Assembly (NCBI RefSeq): GCF_009914755.1
Contig: NC_060925.1
Length of the DNA stretch: 64,000 nucleotides
Origin: the human T2T-CHM13v2.0 reference genome, Homo sapiens
Strand: one strand, 5' to 3'
Shown here: in pieces, positions 1 through 16,363 of the stretch
Layout of the letters: each line of letters begins with the position of its first letter
How positions within the stretch are numbered: the stretch's first letter is position 1
The notes under the pieces: generated by a model
What the model saw: the letters and a program-made list of their open reading frames with translations, nothing else
What the model was told of the DNA's origin: nothing
Databases searched by the model: none
Position numbers and translations under genes: made by a program

Positions 1-1905
<1,905 letters not shown>

Positions 1906-4900
1906 AAAAGCAAACACCAATCCTATTCAAAGTATTCCAAAAACTAGAAGAGGAAGGAATACTTCCAAACACATTCTACAAGGCCAATATTATCCTGATA
2001 CTAAAACAAGACAAAAACACAAACACACACACACACACAAAACTACAGGCCAATATCTCTAATGAACATCTATGCAAAAATCCTCAACAAAGCACTACTA
2101 AACTGAATTTAACAACACATGAAAAAATCATTCATTATAACCATGTGGAGTTTATCCCAGGGATGCAAGAATGGTTCAACATACACAAATCAATCAACAC
2201 CCGATATCAACAGATCATATCAATCAATCATATCAACAGAATGAAGGAAAAAAACCATATGATTTTTTCTATTGCTGCTGAAAAGGCATCCAATAAAATT
2301 TAACCTCCCTTTATGATAAAAACCTAAAAAAGCTGGGAATAGAAGGAAAATATTTCAACACAATAAAAGCCATATTCAACAGATCCACAGCTAGTATCAT
2401 ACCGACTGGGCAAAAACTAAAAGCTTTTCCTCTATGCTCCGGAACAAGACAAGGATGCTCACTTTTACCACTGGTGAAAGTACTGGAAGTCCTAGCTAGA
2501 GCAATCAGACAACAGAAAAATATAAAGAGCATCCAAATTGGAATAGAGGAAGTCAAATTATCCTTTTTTGCATATGATATAATTTTTTATTTAGAAAAAC
2601 CTAAAGACTCCACTAAAAAAACTACTAGAACTGATAAATTCAGTAAAGTTGCCATGACACAAAATCAACATACAAAATTCATTAGCATTTCTATATGCTA
2701 AGAGCAAACAATCTGAAAAGGAAATCCCATTTTCAATAGCTGCAAATAAAATACAATATGTAAGAACAAACTTAACCAAAGAAGTGAAAGATCACTACAA
2801 TGAGAACTATTTTAAAATGATGAAAGAAATTGAAGAGGACACAAAAAAATGGAAAGATATTCCATGTTCATGAGTTGGAAGAATCATTATTGTTAAAATG
2901 TCCATACTTCCCAAAGCAGTCTACAGATTCAATGCAATTCCTATCAAAATGTCAATGACATTCCTCACAGAAATAGAAAAAAAAATCCCAAAATTTATAT
3001 AGAACAGCAAAAGACCCAGACTACTCAAAGCCATCCTGAGCCAAAAAAACAAAACTGAAAAGAATCACATTACCTGAATTCAAATTATAGTACAGAACTA
3101 TAACAACCAAAACAGCATAGTACTGGCATAAAAACAAACACATAGACCAATGGAACAGAATAGAGAACCCAGAAATAAATCTATGCATCTACAGTGAACT
3201 CACTTTCAACAAAGGTTCCAAGAACATACATAGGAGAAAGGACAGTCTGTTCAACACACCATGCTGGGAAAACTGGATATCCACATACCAAACAATCAAA
3301 GTAGACCCCTATCTCTCACTGAGACAGCCAGGTGGGAAGGGCTCCCTGACAGAACCTCCCATGACCTGAATGCTGGGAGGAAAGTTTACTGGGATGGCGC
3401 CTCCAGAAGTTCCTGCAGTTTGCAGTGGGGAGGAGCCTGGCCCCACCTCTTCCTGTGTGGAAAGTGAGATTCAAACTGCGAGGCGGGAAGCGTACCAGCA
3501 GGGACTCTGGCTTTGCAGAGGGTCTCTGTATCCCTTCTTTTCCTTTTTCACCCAATAAAACCTTGCCTTACTCACCCTTCAAATGTCTGTGAGCCTAAAT
3601 TTTTGTGGCAGTGTGACAAGGGCCCCATTTTTAACTGAACTAAGGAAATGTCCTGCAACATCACCATATACAAAAATCAAATCAAAATGAATTAAAGACT
3701 TAAATCTAAGACTTCAAACTATGAAACTACTAAAACACTGAGGAAACTCTCCAGGACATTGGTCTGGGCAAAGATTTCTTAAGTAATACCTCAAAAGCAC
3801 AGGCAACCAAAGTGAAAATGGACAAATGGGATCACATCAAATTAAAAAGCTTCTGCAAAATAAAAGATACAATCAACAAGGTGAAGAGACAACCCACAGA
3901 ATGGGAGAAAATATTTGCAAACTATCTATCTTACAAGGGATTAATAACCAGACTATACAAGGAACTCAAACAACTCAACAGGAAAAAAATCTAATAATCT
4001 GATTTTAAAATGTGCAAAAGATCTAAATAGACATTTCTCAAAAGAAGACATACAAATGGAAAACAGGTAGGTGAAAACATACTCAATATCATTAATCATC
4101 AGAAAGAAGTGAATCAAAACTACAATGGGATATCATCTCAACCCAGTTAAAATAGCTTTTATCCAAAAGACAGGCAATAATGAATGTTGATGAAGATGTG
4201 GAGAAAGGGGAACCCTCATACACTGTTGGTGGGAATGTAAATTAGTACAACCACTACAGAGAACAGTATGGAGGTTCTTCAGAAATCTAAAAATAGAACT
4301 ACTATACAATCCAGCAATCTCACTGCTGGGTATATACCCAGAAGAAAGGAAATCAGTATATTGAAGATTTATCTTTACTACCATGTTTCTTGCAGCACTA
4401 TTCACAATAACCAAGATTTGGAATCAATCAAAATGTCCTTCAACAGATGAATGAGTATAGAAAATATGGTACATATATACAAAAAAAATATTATTCACTC
4501 ATGAAAGAGAATGAAATCCTGTGATGTTAAACAACATGGATGGAACTGGAGGACATTAGGTTAAGTGAAATAAGCCAAGCACAGAAAGACAAATTTTGCA
4601 TGTTCTCACTCATATGTGGAAGCTAAAAATAAAACAATTGAACTCATGAAGATAGAAGGTAGAATGCTGGTTACCAGAGGCTGGGAGGGTATTGGGGAAC
4701 AGGGCAAAAAGTGGGGATGATGAATGAATGCAAAAACATAGTTCAGTAGAATAATATCTAATATTTGATAGCACAACAGAGTGACTACAGTCAACAATAA
4801 TTTATTGTATATTTTAAAGTAACTAAAAGGGTGGAATTGGAATGTTCCTGACACAAATAAATAATAAGTGCTTGACGTGGTGGATAACCCAATTAAACTA

Positions 4901-5012
4901 ATGTAATTATTACACATTGTATGCCTGTATCAAAACATCACGTGTATCCCATAAACATATATGCCTACAATATAATCATAAAAATTAAAAAGTAAATTAA
5001 AAAATAAATAAA
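1906..5012 (+). mobile_element. Older LINE-1 (L1MA2-4-like) ORF2 and 3' UTR; host of the L1PA3 and MER61 insertions
   Basis: Degenerate ORF2 ([25 protein letters not shown]) with many stops. The L1MA-type 3' UTR ends in an A-rich tail near 4980-5012. Confidence 0.88.
3320..3660 (+). mobile_element. MER61-like ERV1 solo LTR inserted in the L1MA
   Basis: TG…CA termini, start TGAGACAGCCAGGTGGGAAGGG and an internal AATAAA. A 4-bp TSD TCAC (3316-3319/3661-3664) restores the L1 sequence CTCTCAC|CATATAC. Confidence 0.85.
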
Positions 5013-5315
5013 TACAACTGTGTATAGAATAAAGAGGATTAGATGTAGACTGAAAAATGGGGATTTACCTCCTAGTTCTCTATTTCACAGTTGAATGACT
5101 TCTTCATCTAGTCAACCTTAGTTCCCCATTTGTAAGATGAAGATAATTCCAAGAATACTGCAAAATTAGGTAATATTTGCTAAAGTTGATTTAAAAATAT
5201 ATAAAAAGGTACTACTAACCTATGAAAACTGGAACCCCAAATTAATCAACATCTGAAAAAACAGATATAGAGAGATTATATTATGGAATGTTAATAAATT
5301 TTACAAAGAAATTCA

Positions 5316-5698
<383 letters not shown>

Positions 5699-5746
5699 TT
5701 AAGAAAACATTACAGGGGTTAGTTGGTTGGTTTAAGAAAAGGAGCT

Positions 5747-6082
<336 letters not shown>

Positions 6083-6512
6083 CTATGGCTGCCTAAGAAA
6101 CAGCTACAGTTTCAGAATCAAATAAGCTTGGATACTGAGAATCTCCCAAAGTCAGGATATGTTACCTTAGACTATCTGAGGGTGATGAGTTAGGACATAC
6201 AGACTTTTCCCCAATAAAACCAATACCCTATAAGAGCTACATCTCATTGACAGGGGAAACAGAAAAATTCCTTCACCAACAAAGGAAGACAATCAGAGAA
6301 CTCCTTAGTCTCAATCTAAGATCCACTTGGGGAAAAAAATAGAGACTTTTTCCTAAGAATTCACAACCACAGTCTAACCTTCCATGGATCTGAGTGTCAT
6401 ATTTAGGTTACTTATGTGATCCAGGAAACCCCAAAGAAAAAATTTAATTTAAAGTAATTCAAAGTAGGTGCTGTCTTGGGGTACTCAGAAAAAGTAAATA
6501 TAAATGCTCAAG

Positions 6513-6570
6513 GATATACCCTTCATATAAAGCATTACAAATGATATACCCTTCATATAGACACTACAAA
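6513..6570. repeat. Imperfect 30-bp tandem duplication
   Basis: GATATACCCTTCATATA occurs at 6513 and 6543 with similar continuations. Confidence 0.85.
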
Positions 6571-6711
6571 GATCTGACAGAGACGCACCAAAATGAACTC
6601 ATAACCTAAAACTAAAAAACTCTTATGTAAACATGCTATTGTAAATGAGAAGTAGCAGAATTAGATCTTCAAGGACTTTGGGACTTTGAAATGATCAAAT
6701 ATACAATATAG

Positions 6712-7160
6712 TCAAGATGGAGATTAGAGTGAGGCAAGTGATGCATTTTCCTCAGGTAAAAAAAAAAAAAAGAGATGTCAAAAAGCTCAGCAATCAAGGT
6801 AAATAATATTTTAATGAAATATTTTTTAATCAAAATTGATGCAAAAAATGCATGATAAACAAAATATCAAAAATTTAAATGAAGACAGAGTCTTATAATT
6901 TCATGTCAAACCATATTATAGCCTGGGCCAAAAGAAAGAATGTGTGCACCTATGTACATGAATTTTTTCAAGAATATTAAAGTGGTTGAAAAGTATGAGA
7001 AAGTAGATATATTAAAACTCACATTGTTTTAAGTTCAAAATTTTTATTTATGCCAAAAAATAATTTATTGTAATTTTACTTTCTTGACTTGTTCAATGGG
7101 AGAAAATGCATCAAGATTTTTATTAAAATTATTAATCATTAAAAACAATATATAAAAGCA
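6712..7160 (+). mobile_element. hAT-Tip100 DNA transposon relic (Zaphod/MER115-like)
   Basis: Resembles the remembered consensus …TAGGGTGAGGCGAG…AACTCAGTAATCAAGATAAATAATATTTTAATGC…AAAATATCAAAATTTTAAATAAAGACAG. Boundaries are approximate. Confidence 0.55.
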
Positions 7161-7189
7161 TTACTATATAGGCACAAAATGAGAAAAGA

Positions 7190-7660
7190 ACAATACAATA
7201 ATAAATAGGCAAATTTGCAAAATAATTAAGTAAAAATTTTAGAAATTAAAAATATAATTATTCAAATTAAAAACAGCAGTGGACTTAACAGCAGGTTAGA
7301 TATAGCTAAAAAGAGAAACAGCAAACTAGAAGATAAATGTAAAGAAATTATCCAGCATGTAGGACAGAAAGATGGAGAAAAATAAAACATGAAAGCAGGG
7401 TTAAGAAGCAAAGAGGTTAGAATTTAAAAGTCTAACATCTATCAAATAGAACTCCAGAAAGCACACACACACACACACACGGAAGAGTTAATGGCTAAGA
7501 AAATTTAGAACTAATGAAAGACAATAATCTTCAGATTCACAAATCAGTGAATCCCAAGTAGGATAATTTTCTTTAAATCCACACCTAGAAACATTATAGT
7601 AAAACTGAGAACATTAGGGTAGGGAAAGGAGAGAGAGATTTTAAAAGCTGTCAAGAAAAA
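7190..7660 (+). mobile_element. Ancient L1M ORF1-region relic, with a (CA)n at about 7462-7480
   Basis: A-rich degenerate ORF1 motifs such as TTAACAGCAGGTTAGATATAGCT…AACTAGAAGATA…GAAATTATCCAG and ACACCTAGAAACATTATAGTAAAACTG. Confidence 0.65.
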
Positions 7661-8159
7661 AAAAATTTTTTGAAAAAGTATTATTGCCTGGCATTATACT
7701 AGATATTGGAACTACAGTGATGAACAGAAAAAGTATATCTCTGCCATGTAAACCTTATAATCTTGATAACACTGAACAATAGTAAGTTTAGTTTCAAATC
7801 TTATGCATGCAATCAAGAGAGGAGAAACCTAACAGCAGCTTATGTAAATACCAAACTCTGAAGGTTTGCTGCAAGCTCAAAATGAACCAACTCTTTGATT
7901 TTACTCTTAAAATAGCTTATTTACTCTTTGGATGTATTAATGGAAGCTCAGTGTCCTGATTATGGAAGGCAATAATCATGTACTACTCTGCACAAGTCAG
8001 TGAATATCTGGGATATTATTTAAATATTTTACCCCGTTCTGAGTAATAAACACTGGAAGGCTAGATGACAAATGAGTTTAGAAGAGAGTTGCCAGGATAA
8101 TGAGAGTCCCAAGCACCATATTACATGAGAAATTATTGAGAGAAATAAAACACTAATGT

Positions 8160-10520
8160 ATATACTATTCTTCCAGCAATTACGTATTCTATGTGCTTAT
8201 GTACTAGGTGCTGTTTTAGGTAGGTGCTTGAGGTATATCAGTAAAACAAACAAAAATCTGGCCTTCAGTGAACTAATTGTCAAAAGGGGGAGACCAATAA
8301 TTAATAGAATAAACAATGTGTCAGAAAATCTTAATGTCTAAGAGAATAATCGAGCAGGAAAAGGAGGGATAGAAGTGTCAGGAAAGGGCAATAGATGGAA
8401 ATCTTGAATAGCATGGTGAAGGTAGGCCTCATTGAGGAGATGGCATTTGCACAAAGGCGTAAAGAAGACGAAGGATGAGCCATGAGGTTCTCTGGAGGAA
8501 GAGAACTCCAGGCAGAAGGAATAACTAGTACAAAGGCCCTAAGTTGGGAGCAGATCTGGCATATTTGAGGAACAGCAAAGAGATAAGTGAGAAGGGAATA
8601 GAATAAGCAAAAGGGAAGTAGGATTAAGTCAAAGAGGTATCAGAAAGGGATAGGAGCTAGCCTGTATAGGGCCATGTAGTCCATTAACTCTGAGAGAAAT
8701 GAGGAGCCATCGCAGAGTTTTGAGCAAAGGAGAGACATCATCTGATTTATTAATACATTTTGAAGGATCATTTTGACTGCCAAGTTGAGAAAGGACTTTA
8801 GAAGGGCTAGGATACAAGTGCAGAGACCTGTTAGGAGGCTCTTGCAGTAATCCAAGCAAGAGATGATAGTGGCTTGGGCCACGATACAGCAGCAGTGGAG
8901 GAGATGAAAAATAATCAAATTCTGGAAATATTTTGTGGATGGAGTGCCTTAGCCAGCTTGGGTTGCCATAACAAAATATCATAGACTTGGTGGCTTAAAC
9001 AAAAAATTTATGTTCTTACAGTTCTGGAGGCTGGAAGTTTGAGATCAGGGTGCAAGCATGGTCAGGTTCTGGTGAGGACTCTCTTCCTGGCTTGCAGACA
9101 GTTCTCTTCTTATATCTTCATATGGCAGAGAAAGAGTGAAAGTAGCTCTCTGGTGTTTCTTCTAATAAGAGCACTAATGCCATAATGAGGGCCCTACCCT
9201 CATAACTTCACATAAACATAATTACCTCCCAAAGGTCTTATCTCCAAATACCATCACTTGGGGGTTAGGGCTTCAACATATATAAATTTGGGGCAAAGGG
9301 GACACAGTTCAGTCCATAGCATAGAGATAGCAGGATTTCCTGACAGATTGGCAGTATTGGAGGATCCAGCTACAACAGCACAGAGAAGAGGTAACCAGTG
9401 AGGTTGGAAATCACAGAAGTCAGGTGAGGAAATATATCAAAGAGGAAATGATCAATGGTGTCAAATGTTGTTGCCTGGTCAAGTAATATGAAGACTGAGA
9501 ATTGACCATTGGAATTAGCAACATGGAGGGGAGGGATATTGGCAAAAGCCTAATTAGGGTGGGTTTAAGGAAACATGAGAAGAGGAATTGGAGAAGGCAA
9601 ATTTAGACTCTCCCAATTTGAATTTGAATTCTTTAAAGAAATTTGTTGCAGAGAGGAACAAAAATTAGGGATATAGCTGGTGGGAGAGTGGGAACAAGAG
9701 GAGGTTTTTTTCTAAATGGAAGAAATGACAGCATGTTTATGTCCAGCGGAGAACAAGTTGCTGAAGTTGAAGAGGAAGAGAAGAATTGCTGAAGCACATC
9801 CTTGGGTAGTGAGGGGGGTAGGATTTAGTGAGCTTCAGATAGGACCACCCAAAGCAACCAGGTGGTTGGGAAGACAGAGACATGGGAGCAGATGCTGGAA
9901 GGTGGGTAGAATATGGAGGTAAAATAGTCTACCAACATTCTTTTCTAACTGCTTCAATTTATTAGTAAAGCAGGAATCAAGGTCAGCAGGTGAAAGTAAG
10001 GATGGGGAAGAAGTTGTAAGAGGTTTGAAATGGTGGAATGGTCATCTAGGAAAGTGTGAGAGTAAATGGACCAGGGAAATATACTGTGATAATGACCCTA
10101 GGCAACATTAAGTTCTCATTTGAAGTTCATCATCATGAATATAAAGCCAAATCAGGCATCAAGAGTATAATTTTCTTCAGCCCCAGTCAATTGTACAGGC
10201 ATAGGCACAGAGTAGATGGAGAGAGATTTAACCAGGGTTGTACTTTTACTAAAACCATAAAGAGGGAGAAGGCAAGGGAACAACAGGTACCTACAAAGGA
10301 GTGATTATAAGGAATGATGATAGAATTTAACTGGGCAAGGAGTGGATAGAGGATATCAAAAGGATGAAGACCAATGAAAAGGAAGTAGGATTAATTTGTT
10401 GGAGGTTCTCATGGGATTGAGGAATTGCTGGAGGTCAGGGATCTAAGAGAGAAAATGTGAAAAGATAAGATGGTGTTAATAAAAAATGAGATATGTAAAA
10501 CTGAGGTTGTAGAGCATAGC
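8160..10520 (-). mobile_element. L2 LINE relic, interrupted by an MLT1A LTR
   Basis: Purine-rich antisense L2 motifs (GTTAGGAGGCTCTTGCAGTAATCCAAGCAAGAGATGAT; GAAGACTGAGAATTGACCATTGGA). Boundaries are approximate. Confidence 0.75.
8945..9321 (-). mobile_element. MLT1A-type MaLR solo LTR
   Basis: GCCATAACAAAATATCATAGACT…CAGTTCTGGAGGCTGGAAG…GGGACACAGTTCAGTCCATAGCA. Diverged 5-bp TSD TGGAG/TAGAG. Confidence 0.85.
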
Positions 10521-13500
10521 AAACAGGTGATTAAGGAGACGCATCCTGAAGTATTTGAAGAGCCGAGCTGTAGTATAGAAATAGACCTTTTTTTGTATTA
10601 CTCTAGGACCACGGTTTGGAAATTACAGAGAAAAAAAATGTGAGGACTGGAGAAGTATCCTATTAAAGGTGAGATGGAACAAGATGCCTACTAAAGTGGT
10701 GAGATCTCTAGAGTTGTTCAAGGCTGGATAACCACTCAGTCTTTCATAAGAGACATAAGAGAGAAGGTTTCTGCAATAAATAGATCATATTAGAAAACCA
10801 TGCAGGGTTTTCTTCCTGAAGTTTCTTCCTTTTTCCTAAAAATATTTTGCCTTATTGTAAGGGAAGTATACAATAGTGGGGCCATATGTGCTAGTGGGGG
10901 CTGCCCTCCCTATTCCAGTTACCCTCTATTGTTGTGGTGATAGAGCCCCAGATGTTCTGCAAACATCCACATACGCAGCAATTTTTACAAGTGACCTTTT
11001 CCCAGGAGCTCCATCAAACAATGGAGGATAAACATCAAGTATCAAACCCAAAGGCATTAGACTGATCTCCAGTCCTTTTTTTGCTCTGAGTTCCCCCTAT
11101 GATGCTCTCCTTTTGTTTCCACACACCATTTTCTTTATGTTATTTGGCCTCATCCACCACCTGGAAAGCCTGCTCCCTTCTTCTGCCCCCCATCTTCAAG
11201 TCAACTCAAAACCAACTGTGCATGAGACCACCCCAGACTGCCCCCACCCCTGTTCCAGTCTAGAGTTGCCGCTTTTCTCCTCCAAGCTATTATTATGACA
11301 TGTTTCACCCCTCTCGGAGAAGAAGTATTTTTCCCCAGCTTCTCACATTTCTAAGGGACTTCCACTCAAGAGCCCTTTCCTCATGGGAAGAATTACTAGA
11401 ATAAATAATTCTAAACTCCATCTCTAATGGTTCATCTCCAAGAGAAAAAGAATTATAATCCTACTGATTGAAGGCTGACATTCAGTGGCTATTGTCTTAC
11501 TAGGGAGAATGTTAACTGTGCCTCAAAAGCAGGAACCAGGCCAACTGTTGTTGAGTCGTTGTTGTTTTTCATTTTCTTTGGTCACTGACAGTTTCTCCTC
11601 CTGCCCTCAGGCAGTATGCACACATGGAAATAGTCCACTCTTCTCTGAAGTCCTTATCCATTTGGCGTCTTGGTAGGTGCATTTAGAATAACCTAGATGA
11701 GTACAGTCATATTGGGGTAGAAGTAATGAGTCCCCACTATGACCTCAGACCTAATTCACATTTTCCAATACAACTTACCAGAAGCAATATTTGTTGGGAT
11801 TACAGGCTGCTGGCCCAGAGTAATAAATCAGCTCTTTTCCCATTTAATGTTGGTTTAATTCTTTCTCTAATCCCTATAATTCTAGTATAGGCGAGGTGAA
11901 TGGCAATTCAATTCTCTCCTCACACTTAGCATTTGTTTTATGTACTGATCTCTTTCAGTGCACAGATGCTTTTCTTCCAAACAAGATTTTACAATTTTTG
12001 AAGGCACAAACGTCTTACACCTGTTTATCATCCCTCTAGCACACGCCACAATGTCATCTGGGTAACTGATATTCTACAGTTAACAATATTATCCACAAGC
12101 AGTAATAATCCCATGAATCACTAGCCTTGCCCTTGTGCCACCAGCACCCCAAACCAAGCCTTACTATCAAATGAGAGCATCTCATTAATTGGGTAAAAAA
12201 TTAGACTTGAGAAGACATTTGCATTCCCGATGTGTTTCATTTGTTCTTCCCACTGGCACTGGCAAAGAAATTTCTCATCCCCTGTCTGTGGGTCTGAACA
12301 CTTCAGAAACAATATAGATCTTATCTCTGGTCCATTTAGTTGAACATGAAAAGCAAGGTCACTATAGACATTTGGTTCCTGTGCCTTTAGAACCACCACG
12401 TCAACTCAGAGAGAATATTTAGCTCTTCTGTCACCTACTGCTTAGAAGCAAAACAAATGAAATTGACAGGTCTTTAATTTTCTCATTAAGGCAGGCATAT
12501 GGGCTGGAGCTTGTGACAGTACTGCAATGAGTATGAGAAAAATACGTATTCGTGGTTCTTTCAAACAAGACTTAAGAAAGCAAGAATGCTGCAAATGCTA
12601 TTCTTTCCTTCTCATTACATATACAACTATTTCCATTGAGAAAAGAAAGGAAAATGGGACATCTTGGTCATATTTTACTCGACTTCTTTTGCTTCGTGAT
12701 AATCCCATCTTTGTTCTCAACCACTATCATTACACAGAGGAAGGGTATTTACACGGAAGGAAAAACCAGGATACTTTGAATTATGAAATAAATGGACTGA
12801 GGTCAAATCTATTGTCCCGGCCTTCCTAATGGCCTCTTCACTCAGTTACAGTTGTGGTGGTTCTTAACAGAGAAACCCAGACATCTAAAAAACATTGACA
12901 GCTCCCATGTAAATGTGAACAGCCCCAGAGACTAAAATGTAAAGCATCCGATAAAATGTTCTTCTCCTTAATGGAGAGTACACCCTAGCAGTATTGAACA
13001 ATGTTATTTGCAAGTAATTTATTGAATATCAGTGCTCTGAGTTGTTTTTTCCCCTTAACATAGTATTCAAGAAGCACTAATAAAATGGAACTAGTCTCTT
13101 CCCTTGTATATTCTTGGATTCATTAAGACTCACCAAAGTCATTAAACCACTCTGCTTAAATTGTCACTTACTAGAACAGACAGAGGTGCAAAAAGCCAAC
13201 ACAATTAAATGTGTGAATCCTTTTCCCAGTGGTCCTGGATTTCCCTGGGCATGATCTCTGAGGCTTGGACCCCAAAACCACACTGATGACTATCATTCAT
13301 TTGCAATTATTGAACATTCACTTTGTGCCAGATTTTATAATAGAGTTTGAAGACTTGGAATGGATGTCTTGAGCCTCATTGACGATACGATCTAGTGGGA
13401 AAGACAGAAGTAAGCATAAAATAAATGCTATGATCAGTATAAGGAGAGATAGGAAAGAGTTAATAAACAGTTTGATGATACATAGGTAAGAAAGCTTTGA

Positions 13501-13949
13501 GAGAAGTCCTGACAAAAATCCAAAGTTCACAAGACTCCCAGAGGTCTGGAGAATATCTTAAAAATCTAATAATGGGATTATTCATCTCCCTTTTGTTTCC
13601 TTCCTGGGGAAGATGGGAAAACAAAAGCAAGAAAATAAAGTGATTTTCCAAGGAACACAAAGGAATGCCAGTTAGCACGCCTGACCCATAACATCACATA
13701 GCCCTTCGGAAACTTAAAATTCCACCCGCCCTGCTCCTGCTCTCTGACCACCGAGGCCAGCTTCATCTTTCCAGAACCCATTTTTTATGCCATTAACTCA
13801 GATAAAATTCAAGCCCTTCTGATTTCACCAGGGCACACAGATCTTTAACCCCCTTCCCAGAATCCAGTGTATTGGGGTTCAAACTCACTGTACTCAAAAT
13901 CAATATTTTGAACATCTATCATATGCAGCCTAATAAAAATATAACTATA

Positions 13950-14660
13950 TATCAAGCATTGCTAGGCACTTAGGTCGCAGCCTCCTATTTAATCCTTACA
14001 TCCACTTACCAGGCAGGTCCACTATTATCTCAATTTTACTGATGAGGAAATAGAAACTTGTAGAGCGTTCTGGTTATCTGTTGTTTCATCACAAACCACC
14101 CCTAAAACATAATGGCTTAAAACAACAACTTATTATTTCTCATGATTATGTGAGTTGACTGGGGCTCAGCTGGGCAGTTCTTGCTCGAGGTCTCTCACAC
14201 AGTTGCAGCCAGATGTCAGCTGGGGCTACCATTCATCTGATGGCTGAACTGCGCCAGACATCCAAGATGGCTTCTTCACTCCCATGTCCAGGGGTCCAGG
14301 GTACCTCCACATGACCTCTATCTCTGGCAGAAGACTTGGACTTCTTCCATGGCAACTCAGGGCCACAAAAGACCAAGAAAGAAGCTGCTAATCTTCTTGA
14401 AAGCTAGATGAAGAACTGGCTTAGCATCACTTCAAATGTACTGTATTGGTCAAAACAGTCTCAGGCCAGCCCAGTTGCAAGAGGAGGGGAAGTAGTTCCC
14501 AACCCTTGATAGCAGTATGTAAAAAGATTATGTGACCATCTTTAATCTACCACAGGGAAGACTGGCAACTTACCCAAGGTCACATAACAAATAAGTGCCT
14601 GAGCTGGGACTCAAGCCACTTCAGTCTGACTCCAAAGCCCATTAACTAACCTCTCTATTG
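13950..14660 (-). mobile_element. MIR split by an MLT1G/H-type LTR (LTR at about 14066-14554)
   Basis: The MIR core ATTTTACTGATGAGGAAA breaks off and resumes as AACTTACCCAAGGTCACA after the MaLR sequence GGCTTAAAACAACAAC…CATCTTTAATCTACCACA. Confidence 0.75.
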
Positions 14661-15219
14661 TTTTCCCAGTGAAGGCACTTCCATTACGCTGCCAGTGTGG
14701 GAACAAAAGTAAGTCTACTCAAGACTTCTCCCTGCAAAAGTGTGAGCATAACTGAGGACACAGGCTCCCTTAGGACCTTGGCCCTTCGCTGAATCCCACT
14801 GCAGCTGTTGGTCCCTGTCTGTGGGTTCAAGAACCTAAGGCCCCATGCCCTGGGACTCAGAGTTCCTCGATCCTGACACAGAGAGTTCTGGCCTTATAAA
14901 ATATATCCACAAGTAACCCAGATTTCTTGTCTGAACTCTTAACTATGCCAGGGTTAAGATAGGCAGAAACTCAAAGGGTAACCACAGCATTTTATTATAA
15001 TGCCAGGTTACACGTCAGGCCAAGCACAGAAATCACCTGAAGGCCTTACCTGAACAACATTGAACATAGAAGTGTGCATAGTTGGGATCTGGGGTCCCTC
15101 ATAGGGCTCTCCAAGGAACACTATTACACAGAGACTGGTAAGTAGTGATGATCAAACTGGCAGTAGTCATAAAGATTTGGTTAGTAGAGAATTGGGGAAA
15201 TGAAGGGTGAGGTTGCAGG

Positions 15220-15620
15220 TGTAAGGTTTTTGTATCGGTTTGAACCCCGAGAGCACGCCAACAGACAACACGAGGTGGTGTGGAACAACATGCTGTTTTA
15301 ATGAGCGCCTGGGTGCAGGCGGGCTGAGGCCTAAAATGACGTCAGCCCCAAGTGAGGACGGGGCAAAGGTTTTATAGTCTTCTGTAAACAGGAAGTGTCC
15401 TACTCCGACATAACTGCTATGTTGTACCCAGATGGCCTCTTTCTCCATCTTCAGGGGTCTTCCGGCCAGGATAGCTGTCTTCCGACTGGCTCTCTTCCTG
15501 CTTCTGCTATTTTGCTGGTGCACGCTGCTGACATAAGTGGCCTTGCGCCTTGGGACTGGGCCTGAGAAGGGAGGAGTTATTCATCTCCTTAAGCTTTCAG
15601 GCCCCGGGGAGAATCTAACA
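15220..15620 (-). mobile_element. LTR3-type (HERV-K HML-6) solo LTR
   Basis: The minus strand starts TGTTAGATTCTCCCCGGGGCCTGAAAGCTTAAGGAGATG and has TG/CA ends. TATAAAA lies at 15370-15376 (-) and ATTAAA at 15297-15302 (-). TSD GCAGG at 15215-15219 and 15621-15625. Confidence 0.85.
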
Positions 15621-16054
15621 GCAGGGAAACAGAGCCAAGAGAGATTACCTCTGAAAGAAAGGGTGGGGAGTGGGGATGCACAGGGCAATGGAGTAAGTAA
15701 GGGTATTGGGGGAATATCATGCCCCATCCCAGAGGGAAGTTCAGGGTCTCCAGGAAGAGTCAGGCAAAGGAAGATTCTGAGTCAGGCTATCCATGAGTGG
15801 GGCACACCTTTTCAAGCACGTTGTCTTCCCTCCAGCCTATACCATCACTCCCCATTATCTCTCTGGGACCAGCATCTTGGAAGTACTCCTTTTTGTTAAT
15901 CATTCATCAGCCAGTCCTGGTCTGTAGGGACGCCATTTCCATCTGTAAGAACGCTCTGGACCATGTTCATTACTAGAAGCGCACAAATTGCTGCATACAT
16001 TTTCCTTTGCTCGAGGAGGTTGTTTTTATGAGCAGTAGTGAAAACAAAATTCCA

Positions 16055-16145
16055 TTACGTCAAAGTTAATTCCTCTGCAGCACACAGTAGCCCAGCTGCA
16101 TTCAGTAGCTTACAGGGCTGACGGAAGTGAAACGTCAGTGATGCG
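16055..16145. promoter_or_regulatory. Candidate enhancer: CRE-like site plus an ETS-IRF composite (EICE) flanked by inverted half-CREs
   Basis: TTACGTCA at 16055-16062 and CTGACG-GAAGTGAAA-CGTCAG at 16118-16138, with locally retained CpGs. Motif evidence only. Confidence 0.45.
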
Positions 16146-16363
16146 TTCACTGTTAGAATCATAGAATGGCCAGTCCTTCCATTTACCTGGGTCTGCCTCA
16201 TCTGGATGAATCGTAAAATGCTAACTGCCTACGCACTGCTCATCCATCAACTGAAGCAGAGGACCCATTAGGCTATCTCAGCCAGCATATACAGGCCTCC
16301 ACTTAAGACCAAAGAAATGTGGCCTGAGGACGGCTTGCATAGAGCTAATCAGCTCTGACTCAC

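Noticed and set aside
3320-3660. p53 site in the MER61 LTR (some MER61 subfamilies carry one)
   Set aside because: No paired RRRCWWGYYY decamers are visible in this copy.
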